A stretch of 55,909 nt of DNA, counting the filler, from Platydemus manokwari (lineage: Eukaryota), in assembly GCA_037951405.1 (NCBI GenBank). It is 5 parts of 5 records of this genome, joined end to end, with 100 filler letters (N's around TTAATTAATTAA, not from the genome) between each part and the next. Parts side by side here need not be neighbours in the genome. Positions count along the whole stretch, not along the records: positions 1 to 13,249 come from JBBMOY011784727.1; positions 13,350 to 24,709 come from JBBMOY010736648.1; positions 24,810 to 34,508 come from JBBMOY011215544.1; 2 more parts are not named here. One strand, written 5' to 3'. Shown here in pieces: positions 10,901 through 25,050 of this stretch. Each line of letters opens with the position of its first letter. Position 1 is the first letter of the stretch. The notes below the pieces were generated by a model. That model ran no database searches and was not told where the DNA came from. It saw only the letters and a list, made by a program, of their open reading frames with translations. The translations under genes were made by a program, and so were the position numbers.

Positions 10901-13249
10901 TAGTTAATTCCAACAGTATCAATGATAGAAATACATTTTGAGTACTTGAACAATAAAAGCAAATAAACGTGTCTTATATCTGATCATTTAATTAATAACA
11001 AATGTGTTTCTATCTAAGAATGTGAATAAAAAGAATTGAATAGAGTTATGATAGCAGTTCTATTCTTTATTGGTTATGAGATGAAATCATAAATTATACT
11101 GACGAAAAATGTCTGTTAACCAATAAAATTTATTTATTGAAAATGTAAATAATATTTATTAAAGATTGAGTATCCAGGTTGTAATTATTTAAGAGGACCA
11201 CTCCGGTAAATTAATTCAAAAAACATAAAATGAAGTTATTTGTCAGTAATGCTTTTAAGATTTAAAATTCAAACGGCAATAGAAATAGAGAGAAAATGTA
11301 AGCATTTCACAGGCATTTTCCCACCGAAAGGATTTAAATTACTAAATATATGTAGAAATATTGTTGTTTACTAAATCATGATAAATGATAATTTATACAT
11401 AAAATACTTACCGGAATTGAAAGTATTGTTTTACTCAAAAATAAAACATTAATATTTAAAAATTAAAAATAATAAATCAAAAAATAGAACAAATGGAACC
11501 AAATTTGAAATAGTTTTTACAAACTATCCAATTCATGAAACGTTAGTTACTACTAATCCAAATTATACAATTGATCAAATTACCATTGTGCAGTATTATT
11601 ATTGGACTTTTTTATATACATCTACCAAGTTATGTTAATTATTTTAAAATCACATTTTACATTTCTTCCAATATAAAAGTTCTATTCTGAATCTCATTTA
11701 CCTAGAACTTAATTAAAATCTAAAATCCTAAAATCAAGAAACGATATTATAACAGTTACACCTAACCACAGATAAAATCAATAGAGGACTCTTACGTTCT
11801 TAATCATAAGAAATTTCTAAAATTCATTAGTTCCATCCATATAGAACCAGACAATAGAACTATAATTAAAAACAAATTAACTAACAATATGGTTATTTGC
11901 CTTATCACCGTTTGAATCGATTATATTGTATGATAATTTGAATTTCATTGTATTGTTTCATAACAATTAAATGTTATTTAGATCAATATATTGATTTTTA
12001 TATTATTCTACAATTTAATCTCATATCTGCTCATAATTACGTACACCTTTTGGAGTTAAGTATACTAATTAGAATATTATTAATGAAATATAATAATTAT
12101 TTATAGGGTTTCAATGTTCGCATGTAATTTTAAATCTGTTTTGATCCAAATTAGATCAGACTTACAAACTATAAACCCAACAATGATTAGGAAATAACAA
12201 TTCTTTTAATAACATATTACCAATAATCTGTGTTAAATGAGTTTTAAAAAGGCCTTGGTATTCATAGATTACTGTTGGATATTCGAAACTCTTTACATAA
12301 TCATAATTCCTACGAGGCATAATTAATTGTTATTTCCAATATTTTACCACCACAGTCCTTGTATTGATTTAATAACAAATTTTAACACAACAGAATACAT
12401 TTTCAATTTTTTAACGAAATTGTCAATAATTCTACTTTAAAAGTTTATTTGAAAAAATAAGTCGTTATTCTAAAATTAAAAATGGAATCTGATTGATTCT
12501 TTGTCAAGTATATTAAATTTTATCAAAACTTTCTATTTCATGATCTTTTTTTTATAAAATAAGTTAAATAAATATTATCGATTTTGTTTTTTAAAATGTT
12601 GAAAGCATTATTTTTGTTAATTTCCATAATCACCATCTTTAAAGTTTGATAATTTATAAATGATTATTAAAATGAAATATTTGTATTTGGATTAAATGAA
12701 TTCGAATTAACCATAAAAGATTTTATAGGGGCCGAAACCTGTTTTACTTAATTTTTTGTTGACTATGCTCTCGTGATATAGTAAAACGAATAGAAAATTC
12801 TATTTCAATTTTTATCTAAAAATCTGATTTATTTCAGATTTTAGAGCTCATTAAAGCAACAATTTTGTAAAAAATATATCATTTTCCTGACGAATTAACA
12901 GTTACAAAACTGTGAATTAAGTAAATTAATAATTACTACTTTGCGTATTATAATTATAATTGTTTAAATAAATTTTAATCTGTAATTAAAATAAAAAAAC
13001 AAATTGTTAGGTCATAAAAATGAAATAAAAATTTGTTTTTAACTTCAAAAATTAATCTAAAATCCACAAATAGAATGTAATGTTCGATTAATTTCCTTTT
13101 TAGATTATTATAGCGAGAAAGTCATTCAAAAATAAACCATTCATATAGAAACGGAATTTAATGAAAAGTATAAAATAAATAATTGTAGAGAAATAAGAGT
13201 AGTAAAATAATTTTAAAGTTATTCGAATACATTTAGATAAATGTAAGTC

Positions 13250-13349
13250 NNNNNNNNNNNNNNNNNNNNNNNNNNNNNNNNNNNNNNNNNNNNTTAATTA
13301 ATTAANNNNNNNNNNNNNNNNNNNNNNNNNNNNNNNNNNNNNNNNNNNN
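13250..13349. other. Artificial contig spacer (44N-TTAATTAATTAA-44N)
   Basis: Exactly 100 nt. The central 12-mer gives stop codons in all six frames. Identical at four places in the window. Confidence 0.95.
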
Positions 13350-16300
13350 GTATTAATGTTTATTTAATCAGCATGTATTTTTATGTTTTGATAATCTTTG
13401 GAATTTTCGAGCAAAGACCAGTTTGATATTTATAATAATTATTATTTATATATGCGTAAAATAATAATACCAACAAAATCACTAATAGAAAACTTGTCGA
13501 AATTCCCTAAAATAACAAATTTATTTATAAAATATCAACACGCAATAAGATATCTCGCACTAACAGCGACATATAAATTGTAATCTATTTTCGAGCATGA
13601 AAGTTCTAACACAGAATAAAATAAACACTCGATTAAATTTAATCGAGAAATATTTTCTCTGTCTGACAAATATATTCAGAGAGAATTTCTCACACCAATG
13701 AATAAATTCTATCGATAAAATAATAAATTCACTGGCATAAGATTTATTCCCAGAAAATATCTGCGAGTGATTCGCACCGCCTATATAAGGCAGTAATCAC
13801 AATCAACACAAAACAAATATTTCAACTGTCCACCGTTTCACATTTGCATAGAAGCCATCATACGTCACATCGATTGTGGAAGACCCATCATTTTGGAATT
13901 CAATAACGCTCAGTAGAAGATCGTTTTGAGCAGAAGACCAATATTTCATATATCCCCAGTATTTACTGGATGTCCCCTAAGTAAGATCCCTTATTGTAAA
14001 ATACTTATCTATATTATATATCGTATCGCTTTATTCCTATTATAGTGTTTGTTGCTCAAAATTCTTGAAGGCAACCGGTTCTGCTCCAAGAGAAGGAGTT
14101 TGTTAACCGTCTTTAATTCTGGAAGTTATGAGGTCCTTCATAAGTGTAACTTGATGTATATTGTAGTTCTAAACCAATTTGTAATTTTATGTTATTATTG
14201 TTAATCAGCTTTTGTATTGGCGTCATGTGTCAGGTAGTTATCTGCTTGCGCAGTGTACTACGCAGTTTAGCAAAATTTGTTTTGTTCTTTTTTATTGTTG
14301 CTTATTTTCGTTCTTCTCAAATAAATTATTTAATTAACAGAGGCATTTTAGCGTGTTATCGTTTTAGTTACAAGCGTATCAATATCATTTCAACTCATAG
14401 GTTATTCTGGTGACAACGGGATATCACAAGTCCTTGTTGCCATAGTTGATCATATATTACAGGGTTATCATTTTTGGACCTTTATTCAGTTTAATTTTCC
14501 AATAGTTTCGTCCTCACACGAGCTATTGAAGCCATCTATAGGACCAGTAAAATTAATAACCCTAATCACAAAACCATAATTTATTTCACAAGTGTACCAC
14601 GTAGAATGATTGTTGAAATGTTCTGATATCATAAATGTATTTTTGATATGGTAAATGATTGCTGCTTTTTGTGTACGTTCGTTGCAAGTGTTTGGGTATT
14701 GCAGAAATCTCAATAAATATCAGAATTAATTTTTGTCATGGTCATCAATACGATTATTACAGAGAAAGGGTCAGTTGATATGCCCAATTATATAAAAAGA
14801 TTGCTTGCAATTATCACTATGATTGTTAAAATGGTTTTAGCCTCATAAATGTGTTTTCATTTCATCCCCTACTAGCAGAGATCTAGTTCTAATGACAAAA
14901 ATTAATAATCACTCTATAAAATAATTACAACTGATGTAGTTTTATCAATATCTTTTAATTAAAACTGAATATGATGTAGACCAAATAACTAACCATAAAC
15001 TCCAAACCATTACTGGCAATATTGTGATCTTCTATTCATTTGATACCAATAAATCTTGGTAATAAAAATGATATTATATTCCAAACTGAGTTTAATTCTT
15101 AAGACTACAAAAGTTAAAAGTTGGAGCATGGAAATATTTCAAAAAATCAATAATCTTATCTCTAGAATGAGATGCAGAATCAGAAAATATTCTAGTTGAC
15201 CTATCAATTACTAGCTTTATTATTACGGGGATCTCGTGTACGAGTACCGTTTCTCAAGTCAGATTAAAACTGTCAGATTAGAACCCTAAAACTAAATTGT
15301 TTGTCAACGCTATGGGTTATTATTTTATAACCTTTATTCTATCATCTTTATTTTATAGTTAACAAAGATTTATGGAATAGTTTTTAGAAAAAGATGATGT
15401 TCCTGTCAAATGCAATGTGAAATTTAATGTGTTATTCTCACAGTAAAATACAGATTTGGTTTTCAAAGTGCAATATTGAAGGTTTTCAGAAGTGAGTCGT
15501 GAAAAAATGATTTTAGAGAAGATTAAAAATAGTACTTTCACCGGCAGGATATTTCGTAACAGTTTTGAGCAAGAGAAGAACCTCAAAATGAGATAACGAG
15601 GTGAGGATTTATCCAAAGAATTTAATTGATTTCGATATGAAGATGATTATTCTTGGGGCATTGAAAGAGGAAACTTATCAAAAAGAACCCAATTTTTCAT
15701 TTTTGATTTGTCAAAGTAAACACTCAAAAAGTTGCTGGTGAAGGCGATATTGCCACTAGGAAACTACTTACTTTGTCGTTGAAATAGTAGAGAAGTCGTG
15801 ACAAATCTGGAATAATAGAAAGCTTTATCACTGAGAAATCCAGACAGAAGAAGAATGACAAACAGTAAAGGAGAAACGTGGCTCTGGATATTATTATATT
15901 AACATTAAATTTGGAATTAATGAAACGTACGAAAGTTAAGAGATTTTTAACATGGAATCTACCGAAATTACAATAGCATCGTTAATAACAAAATTGGATT
16001 TTGTATGAAATTAATAATAATTTGAAATATTGTTTACATAAAATTTTATGTAAAAGTTTTATGTACATCGCAGTATCATTAATCATTTACACAACTAAGT
16101 TAAGATTATAAAAATATTATAATCATTTATTTCTTTCCTGTTTAAATTCTTTAATTTCACATCTTTGATATATGTTCTAATTTCGTATACAAACCTTAAT
16201 CAAGTTTTTATAATATCAAATACTAACAGTGAAACAGTACTTTATGGACGAAAATAGTTTAAAAATTTCTACAATTCATAAATTAACTGAATATTCCAAT

Positions 16301-18142
16301 TTGACAATTCCTACAAAATTGTTGTTCGTATCTGCGGAATCAAACAAGTTTCGAATTTTGATTGACAATATAATTTTAAAATGACATCAGTTTTTCAATA
16401 TCAATCTAGGATAATCACTTAACAATGAAAGTTAACTGTAAACTTAATTAATATGTTTCTTCTTCTTTCAACGATAAGTAATTATTTCTACATCTGATAA
16501 TTCAAAACTGTCACAATCTTTTTGAAATATTGTAATTATAATCGATTAAGATAATTATGTATGCGTTTGAATTTATACAATGATAATTACAACCTTCCGG
16601 TATATATTGAATCATCAAAAAATGGAGTTTATTTGGAACAGTAAGTCGTTTTGTAAATAAATAATATTGGAAATTAGCCAAATATTCAATGACCTATTAA
16701 AGTATACTACATACACATATGTATACATAGTTTTCTAAATAATAAAAATACTAAAATCGAATCAGTAGCATAAATTGATTGAAAATTAAAATAGTATCAA
16801 AATCTGGAAATTGACATCAAAATAAATCTGACTCCTGCTCATAATTTTATAGCTAAGCGGCTCATCTCCGATTGGAAATTAAATTATTAATATAAATTTA
16901 TTATTTAAATTTTTACTAAATAAAAACACAAAAGTAATGTGCAGAGCAAAGATTTACTATTAAATGTCTTTATAATATGAAGATAAATAACGCATTCCTG
17001 CATAACATTTCAAAATAAAATGTCCGTAATACCATAATTTAGATTATAACTAAATTAGATAAAACGAATCGCAACTTCAGTGGGTCGGATATCGAAGTAT
17101 GTAGTGTTTAAAATTGAAAATATTATCTGCTAACGATTATAATAGGAATCTCTTTAACCTTTATTGTAATTATAATAAAACTTGTATAAATATCAAATTT
17201 GTATAAATAATTATATTTATTCCAGAATTATAAAAATACTAATCAAGTATCATCTTGAAAACTATTTGCAAAGAGTTGACAAATCCATGTATATATAATC
17301 AATTAGTAAGAGTCTGGTAGTGAGAGATAATAATAAAATAGATTTTTCTAGCAAAATATAAAGGAAAACTAATGGCAATTTCAAATTAACATTTATATTA
17401 TGAAAAGAAACTTGATGTAGATTTACTTCAGTTTATGTTGAAGAATTTAAAGGTTTTATCTTAATCCTCATTTCACAATAACCGACTTAGTGATTAATAG
17501 AAATGTAAAGCCTGATAAGTTATAACATTTTAGCTGGAATAAAGCGTTCCAAATATTTTTATACGGGTTTAATTATCCTAACTGGAAAAAGTAGTTTTTT
17601 CAAATTTTCGCCACACATTCAATGCAAGCGATTTCTTTCCAATGATTAAAATTAATTATCAATCTATATATTTACAGTCTCATATTTACATCACATTCTT
17701 TTGGGCTATGGGATGTATGATTATAAATAACTAAATAAAAACTAAATAACCAAATAGTCAATTAAATGAACCCTAAAAATTTGTTTCGTAAATTATACAA
17801 AAATTTCTGCTAAAATCAAATAATTATAATTCTATTGGTCTTCATTTACAAATGTTAAAAACATCCAATAAAATCAAATGTCAACATCATAAATAACTCA
17901 TTATATAACTCATAATTAATAATTCAAAAATAACTTAAATCATTAGGAAAACATTATTCGAATTTTAAATTTAATGACAAACTGGAACCACTTTTTATCC
18001 TACACAAATTAAAACAAAATATTTTCAAAATTCCAAAACACACACTTCTACAAAAACATCCACTCCATAAGATAGAAAAAAACTAATTAGAGTTTTACAT
18101 GCTTAGAATAATTCACATTTAAAATTGTTCATAATAGGTGTG

Positions 18143-18456
18143 TTACATGTGCTCGGGATGATTTTTCAAACAATCGATAAATTTTTTCGGCGACAATTTA
18201 CCTTCACAAATATTAAAGATCGCTGTAAACAATGGAAATGCTGCTTCCATATTATGAACAGCGAGAACATGATTGACTTCTTTTGCGGTCAAAGGCCCCT
18301 GAGCACTTTGTCCGTTGAGCAATTCTAGTTCCAACTGGGCTATAGATTTACCGGTTTCTACTAATGCTTTTCCAACACGTTTATTTCTACCACCATAACA
18401 AGTCGTTATCAAATCCGCAACACCACAACTTTCCAAAAACGTATTTTGATCGATAC
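18143..18456 (-). CDS. GPD1: Glycerol-3-phosphate dehydrogenase [NAD+], cytosolic - last coding exon
   Basis: tttAG|GT ATC, with phase 1 matching the previous exon. Translates [20 protein letters not shown]...LLNGQSAQG...FPLFTAI...LKNHPEHM* (animal GPD1 C-terminus). Confidence 0.97.
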
Positions 18457-20095
18457 CTAAACATTAAATAATTTCAATTCCTATCAATATATAAACCAAA
18501 CCATCGAAAAATGAAGACATTTATTTGAAATAAAAGTCAAAGGAAGTAATTATCAATTAAAAATTTATTAATTAGTATTGCCATCAAAATAGATTTGGTA
18601 CTTCCGTTGATTTACTGATAAAACAATGATTGAACGGTCATTAAATACTTATATATTATTTAATGTACATGTTGTATATGAATAGGTTTTTGATTACATA
18701 GGCCTGTGTAATATTTTATAATTTGGAAACCAACCTCAGATTTATCTATATACCATAAATAAATCATTTAAAAATTTTATTTTCATAAGATATCAGTATT
18801 TTTAACTAAACGTATATATTAAACAGTATCCCAATCATACACAACAAATTAACTCGGTAATCTTAAATATTTAGTGTAGTCCAAAAGTTATACAAGCTAA
18901 AGACAACAAATAATCGTTACATTCACCAATAGAAATCGTAATAAAATTGAAAATTGTGGTAAAGGAAATAGTTTTACTTGTGTTTATTATCTATTGTGAT
19001 AATTATTATTGTAGATTAACTATACAATTCCATTATCAATTGTTAGAGAATAAAAATTCCATATAAACAATCGCATAAAAACAAAGAATAAACTTTACTA
19101 TGGTTCACATTCGACCAATCTATTTGTTAGAATTGCGTACATCCAATATAAATAATTACTTCGAAACATAATTTATGACTTCATATGTTTATTTAGTTTA
19201 TTGTGATAGTAAAAAATAAAAGGCATTAATATGTATTCAATTGTTACGCTATTAGTTGAAAATTATTATGAAGAAATTCATGTTAAACTTTACAAGACAC
19301 AGTTCATATTCGTATTGAATTGATGCTTGAAAATTTGTTTTCAACTTTTTCTATACATTTTAGTATTTTTGTAAAGGAAATATTGAAAAACCTATGAGAA
19401 AAATATACTTTTTATTAAATAATCAGGAAGTTCTGTTACAAATCGAGAAAAATTATCTCTGAATTTTACAATAACTTATGATCTCCTATATGACAGATCT
19501 GATAGTTATTCTATTTCCTCATTCCGTTATCTATCTCCAACATCACACACTCTTTATCTTTCGAGGTGATCATGTTGAAATTAACATTGCTCGCAACTGA
19601 GTGATTTGTTCGATTTAAACCACTATCTAGTGATCTCAACCATCATAATCTTTTAGCAAATCACTTTACTCTATATTTCCGAAAAATATCAACTACAAAA
19701 ATATGTAAATCCACTGTCCAATAATCTAAACCGCTTTCTATTGGAAATATAAATTGTCTTTCACATTTGCATATTCCGGCAACTGATGCTCAGCTGTAAA
19801 GTACTTTATATCTATTCGGAATGTTATATTGACTTTATGGTTATATTTTTTTAATGCTATACATAAAACGTAGTCAGTATTTAATAATATATATATCTCC
19901 GTAGAATTCTTATTACCATATTGTAATTCCAAAGGATAAATATGAATCTCAATTTCAAACCACACTATTTCACAATAATCCCGTGAAATAATTCCAATAT
20001 ATGAAGATCATTTATTTCTGTATTTATTTGTCGATTTTATAAACAAGTTAATCATTGAAAAACTATCGAAATAAAGATAAAAATAAAAATAATAC

Positions 20096-20288
20096 CTCTA
20101 TCTTTAAAAAATGTGTTGGCAAATTTAATCATTTCCATAAATCCTAAACGAATGACTGCAGCTTTGGTGTTATCACCGTAACCAAGACCTTCAGAAAATC
20201 CAGCGCCAATTGCAACAATGTTCTTTAAAGCTCCACAGAGCTCACAACCAACTTCATCTTTGATTACAACCATTCTAAAGTATTCCGT
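20096..20288 (-). CDS. GPD1: Glycerol-3-phosphate dehydrogenase [NAD+], cytosolic - penultimate exon
   Basis: ttcAG|ACG..AGAG|GTatt. 193 nt, phase 0/1. Translates [49 protein letters not shown], the GPD signature with the catalytic Lys. Confidence 0.97.
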
Positions 20289-22240
20289 CTGAAAATATCA
20301 CATTTTTCATGAATACAAATAATTTTTAAATCAAAAAATTACTCTAAAAATTATTATCAATTTAAATTTAAGATCAAAAATTCATTAAGACAGAGTTTAG
20401 AAGGAAAACATTTTTAGAATATTATAGAAATTAATAATTGGTAATCTAAATGGAATAATCGATTTTTATAATTTTTCTCTCAATCATTGCTTCAACTGTT
20501 TCATAATCTTGATATTCTCTATACTACACAACTAGTAGTAACAAATATATCTTAATGATTAATTGCTTGAATTCGTTTGTTGAATAAATAAATTGGATAT
20601 AAAATATATAACCAATAGGAATGTATTTCATTTTCAAGATCAAATTCTGACAATTCAAGTAAGCAATATAAAATTCCGTAAGAGATAATTAAATAATTAT
20701 TCCAAAATGAGATACAAATATCATTAAATTCTTGAAACAATTTACAGTGAATGACAAAACATTTAGTAATATGAAAATTGATTAAATCTTGAAAAATTCA
20801 ATTCATAAAGAATCTGCATTGGAGATGAGAGAAACTTTAAAGGATCCAAATATCTAATAATAAAAAACGTCATTTAGAATCTATTATTTTAATAATTCAT
20901 TTCCAGGTTCATTAGGGGTCTGTGATTTGTCTCAAATTTACGAACGTTAATCATTATACATTAAAATATAAGCATCTCTACATGTTGACGATGATTATTA
21001 TTATAGAATATTTCTATATAAAATTTCTCAATACCGAAATCTTGACCATTTATATTACTAGTCACAAATGTTTTCTACAAATTTCCATATCCAACAGCAA
21101 GTCATTAATTTGTATTATTCTAATTTAGTACATATTTCTGACGCCCATAGGTTTAGAGTAGAATAATCACAAGTTTCCTAATTAATCGCTGGATAATTTA
21201 AATTTAAAATATTATATTAACAACATACTAATAAATCACATATTGACAAGATTTTTTCATATATTTGACAAGTTATAGAACAAAGTTCAAGTTACTTATA
21301 TAATAGTAGAAATAGTAAAGCTAGTTTGAAATATTAGCCGATATTTACTATAAATACATATGTATATGGTGAAAAATATTTTTATTCGTTTATATATAAG
21401 ACGTTATCTATTTTATAAATACACAGCAATTACTATTATAAATATATGACCGAGATTTTCAGGCCAATTAACACTTAGATTATAAAATAAATTTTTGAGA
21501 AATTTGTAGTCAATATACGGGTCACCATTGAAAATATTTCTCCAAATAAATCTCTTCAAGCCATGTTTAAAAATATAATTGTCATATATATTTGTATATG
21601 TTTCAACACGTAATGTCTATCATTATTAATCAGCTCAATAATTATTAACCACTAAAATCTATTTTTTACTTGAATCGTTCTATCGAAAATTATATAATCA
21701 ACAATACTTTTTTATTATTATATATCTATTATATTTTCATACCAAATTTAAGAGCAAATAAAACAAAAAATTGTAAACATGCCCGAACAAAGTAATATAC
21801 GATTCCATTAAAAATATATACAAAATACAAATAAAATGAGCCGAGATTAAGTTTCCAATGATTGAGAAGACTCTATTAAGTGAATAAAACACGTTAAGAA
21901 TTAATCATTATGTATAATATAATCGAAATTGAGAGATAATTCAACAATATAAATTAACCAATCATATTTATAGACGGGAAAAATTCCACATCACAAAGCA
22001 TAATTTATGTAATATTTAATTGTATCAAACAACAGATAAAATATTTCGGAAATATATCAAATATGTGATATCATTATTAGTGATTTTATAGAATTATCAA
22101 TGCATACATATAAATATCACATAACTATCCAAATTCCGTGCTGTGAACTTGAAATAGTTTCAATCAAATGTTCTTAGTTTAATAACTTGAACAAATGATT
22201 TAATAGATAAGTACTGAACTATGGCTAATCAATGTCTTAC

Positions 22241-22429
22241 TTGAAATAATAATTTTAACTCATTTCCCCTCAATGGATCACTTGAGCCTATCGTTGCTTC
22301 ACAATAAAATTCTTTAGAAACCTCATCAGCCAAATTGGCACCCATTAGAGCCGAGCATGGAATATTTAGTTTGTCACGAATTATATCACTGATCAAATCT
22401 AATTTATTTGTTTTCGACACTCCAAGTCC
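22241..22429 (-). CDS. GPD1: Glycerol-3-phosphate dehydrogenase [NAD+], cytosolic - internal exon (first exon visible here)
   Basis: tttAG|GGA..CAA|GTaaga. 189 nt, phase 0/0. Translates GLGVSKTNKLDLISDIIRDKLNIPCSALMGANLADEVSKEFYCEATIG...LLFQ, containing the conserved LMGANxAxEV motif. Confidence 0.95.
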
Positions 22430-23468
22430 CTAAACATTTCAACAAATCAATGTGAATTTAACATGATACTAAAAATCAATTGATATTGGTATCAAATATT
22501 GATAACATCATCATGAGATATAAAGATGACATTAATAGAAACATTGTCAATGATCTCTATGTCATTCATGATCGTGAATAAGATAATTTCAGTGAATGAT
22601 ATCAAATAAATTCGAAATTCATGAATTGTTGACAGAATGTATTCAATCAAATATGTTACATGTGATTTATTTCATTTCATTATATGTCAATGAAATGTGT
22701 TTTCTCAATTTAAAAGTACATCCATTTATAATATCATTGACAGTAGGGCATTTCCGTTATCAATGTTAACTTTTATAAGGCATCGTTTTTAGTTTAAAAA
22801 AAAACCATTATCACAACAAAGTAACAACATTTACTAAACAATTTAAAACATTAGCTAAAAATTCAAATCTTTTTGAATCAATATCGTATTTGCTTTTGTG
22901 CTAAAAATATGCTGAATGCACAATAGATATCATTACACCAAAATTGATGAAATCAGAGTTTGAAAATGAAATATAATTAAGCAATAATTTATTCCAATTT
23001 TCTCTCTTCATTTCTTATTAGCATAATTTTTTATATTTCATATTTTAACTCAGTTATATATATATATTAGTAAGAAAGATCTTTAAAAATTACCATAGAA
23101 TTTACTGACATTCAATTCAATGACAATATATATCCAATAAAGATTGTAATAGCAGTTGTGAATTAAATCAATTTTGTGGTTAAGATCAGAGTAAAGCAAA
23201 TATCATCAGAATCGCACTAATCGATAAAATATATGAAAACGTATTAGATATTGTAATGGCACCGTAACTATAGATATTTTAAATTTAAAATTTTTCTATA
23301 AAAGCATAATATGGTTAAATTTATTGAAAATTAAGAAAAATATAATAATAATGCCTTTGATGATTAGATTTCATATTAAATGCTCAACGGTAAAAAAAAT
23401 TGTCTAAAAGTGCTTAATAATAAATTATAAAAACAGTTAAATGATCTTGAAACAAATAAAATAATATA

Positions 23469-23547
23469 TTAACATGTTGACGGACATGTGCGTCTATAAC
23501 CGTCAATTTCGAACTGCATTTGTTCCTACTGTCCGTGAATGTGTTAA
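23469..23547. mobile_element. Tiny TTAA-flanked MITE (piggyBac-like)
   Basis: TTAA-CATGTTGACGGACA ... TGTCCGTGAATGTG-TTAA: imperfect 14-bp terminal inverted repeats bounded by TTAA on both sides, with 71 bp between the TTAAs. Confidence 0.6.
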
Positions 23548-24709
23548 CAAATCGTTGCGTATTTTTAATATATAAGATAGTTGTACACAAAAATGAAATA
23601 AATATCTCAGAATTTATGTAGAGATACTTTAAAATCGAAATTTTAATTTATTATAAACACTGGTTTCATATGTATTACATTATAAATTCTTTTAATAAAT
23701 TCACATAAATGACCCAAATAATAATGAAAATTATTTAATAATCACATATAATCATAATTATACAAAAGTATAAACAATGATATTAATCATTAATATATTT
23801 TCAAGGTTAAAATTTAAGATAAACCAATTAATTCAAACAGGATAAATAAATATTTGACTGAGAGTACTTTAAACGAAATTATAAAACATTTTTCTCCAGG
23901 CATTTTACCTTAATAATATTGTCGCTTATAAATATTTTTCAAATGCACTTTCAAATATATCGATTAATCAAACCAGTTTTTCCAACCCAAACCAATTCCA
24001 AATATAAACAAATTATTAATTCCACAAATATAGACCTACATTTTTCAATCTGCTTGAAAATTCTTTAAATTTCACAATAAATTTTAAAGTTAACAAGAAA
24101 TTGACAGGAATGATTTCATATTAATTTAAACAAAAAAATATCACCAATTAATGAATATTTTTCTTGATCAATCGATAATATCAACTGGACTTAATGATTG
24201 AGATTTAGTAGGAATTTATTGTTCCAGTGAGGAAAATATCAACAATTATGCCAATATTGGCAATGTTTCATCAATTTACCCAACTATTTCAAGCCATATA
24301 TAAACATTATTGTCATGTTGATTGCAGCTCCGATAACCAATGGCATTACAGAAATTCTATTTTGTTTAATTTCATTGAACGATATTAGATTTGAAATGAC
24401 AAGTTTCGTGATTAAAACTTGATCAAGAAACTTAATATTTGTATCTTGGAAACAGAAATCGTCATGAAAATTAAACTTTATATTATAATCGAAAAATAAT
24501 TATTATTAAGATCGTACGGAATAAAATGACAAATTTTCATTTTATTGATTATATTATTATACCGAAAAATATTGATGATAAATTTCTATGACCGACCAAT
24601 TTAAATCTTTGTTAACAAAGATCTTTATATATTATTGTGCGTAACTTTGATTATCTGTGAATAATTTACTACTAATAATAGATAATTAACATACAGGATA
24701 ATAATATGA

Positions 24710-24809
24710 NNNNNNNNNNNNNNNNNNNNNNNNNNNNNNNNNNNNNNNNNNNNTTAATTAATTAANNNNNNNNNNNNNNNNNNNNNNNNNNNNNNNNNNN
24801 NNNNNNNNN
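24710..24809. other. Artificial contig spacer (44N-TTAATTAATTAA-44N)
   Basis: Same structure as 13250-13349. Confidence 0.95.
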
Positions 24810-24910
24810 ATATAAATTATCGATATTATTATAAATTATTATTATTATAAATATTTTCGTTATAACTCCCTCTGGAATTGTTCATACATTATTCACAAAA
24901 ATTGCCAAAA

Positions 24911-25050
24911 TTTTTTGATACATTTGACATCATGTCAAAATGTATCGAAAAAGATTCCTAATAATTCGATTACAGTTACTAAAAATACATTGATACATTT
25001 CAATGTATCGAACTAAATTATTCAACCGTCTCCGTAAAAATTGATACATT
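24911..25050. repeat. Palindrome cluster built from GATACATT/AATGTATC
   Basis: TTTTTTGATACATTTGACA-TCA-TGTCAAAATGTATCGAAAAA (24911-24952), GATACATT-TC-AATGTATC (24992-25009) and another GATACATT at ~25043. Confidence 0.7.

Noticed and set aside
13294-13305. TTAATTAATTAA palindrome repeated four times at ~10-kb intervals
   Set aside because: Always centred in 44+44 Ns. It is an artificial six-frame stop linker, not biology.
18125-18328. Plus-strand 67-aa ORF
   Set aside because: Antisense shadow of the last GPD1 exon.
22542-22745. TGTCAATGAT / ATCATTGACA inverted pair
   Set aside because: 10-bp match in AT-rich DNA with no TSD identified. Could be an old MITE but is unsupported.
22430-24709. 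Searched for GPD1 5' exons (GSGNWG, HENVKYLPG, VPHQF motifs)
   Set aside because: Not found by eye on the minus strand. They probably lie beyond the contig break.
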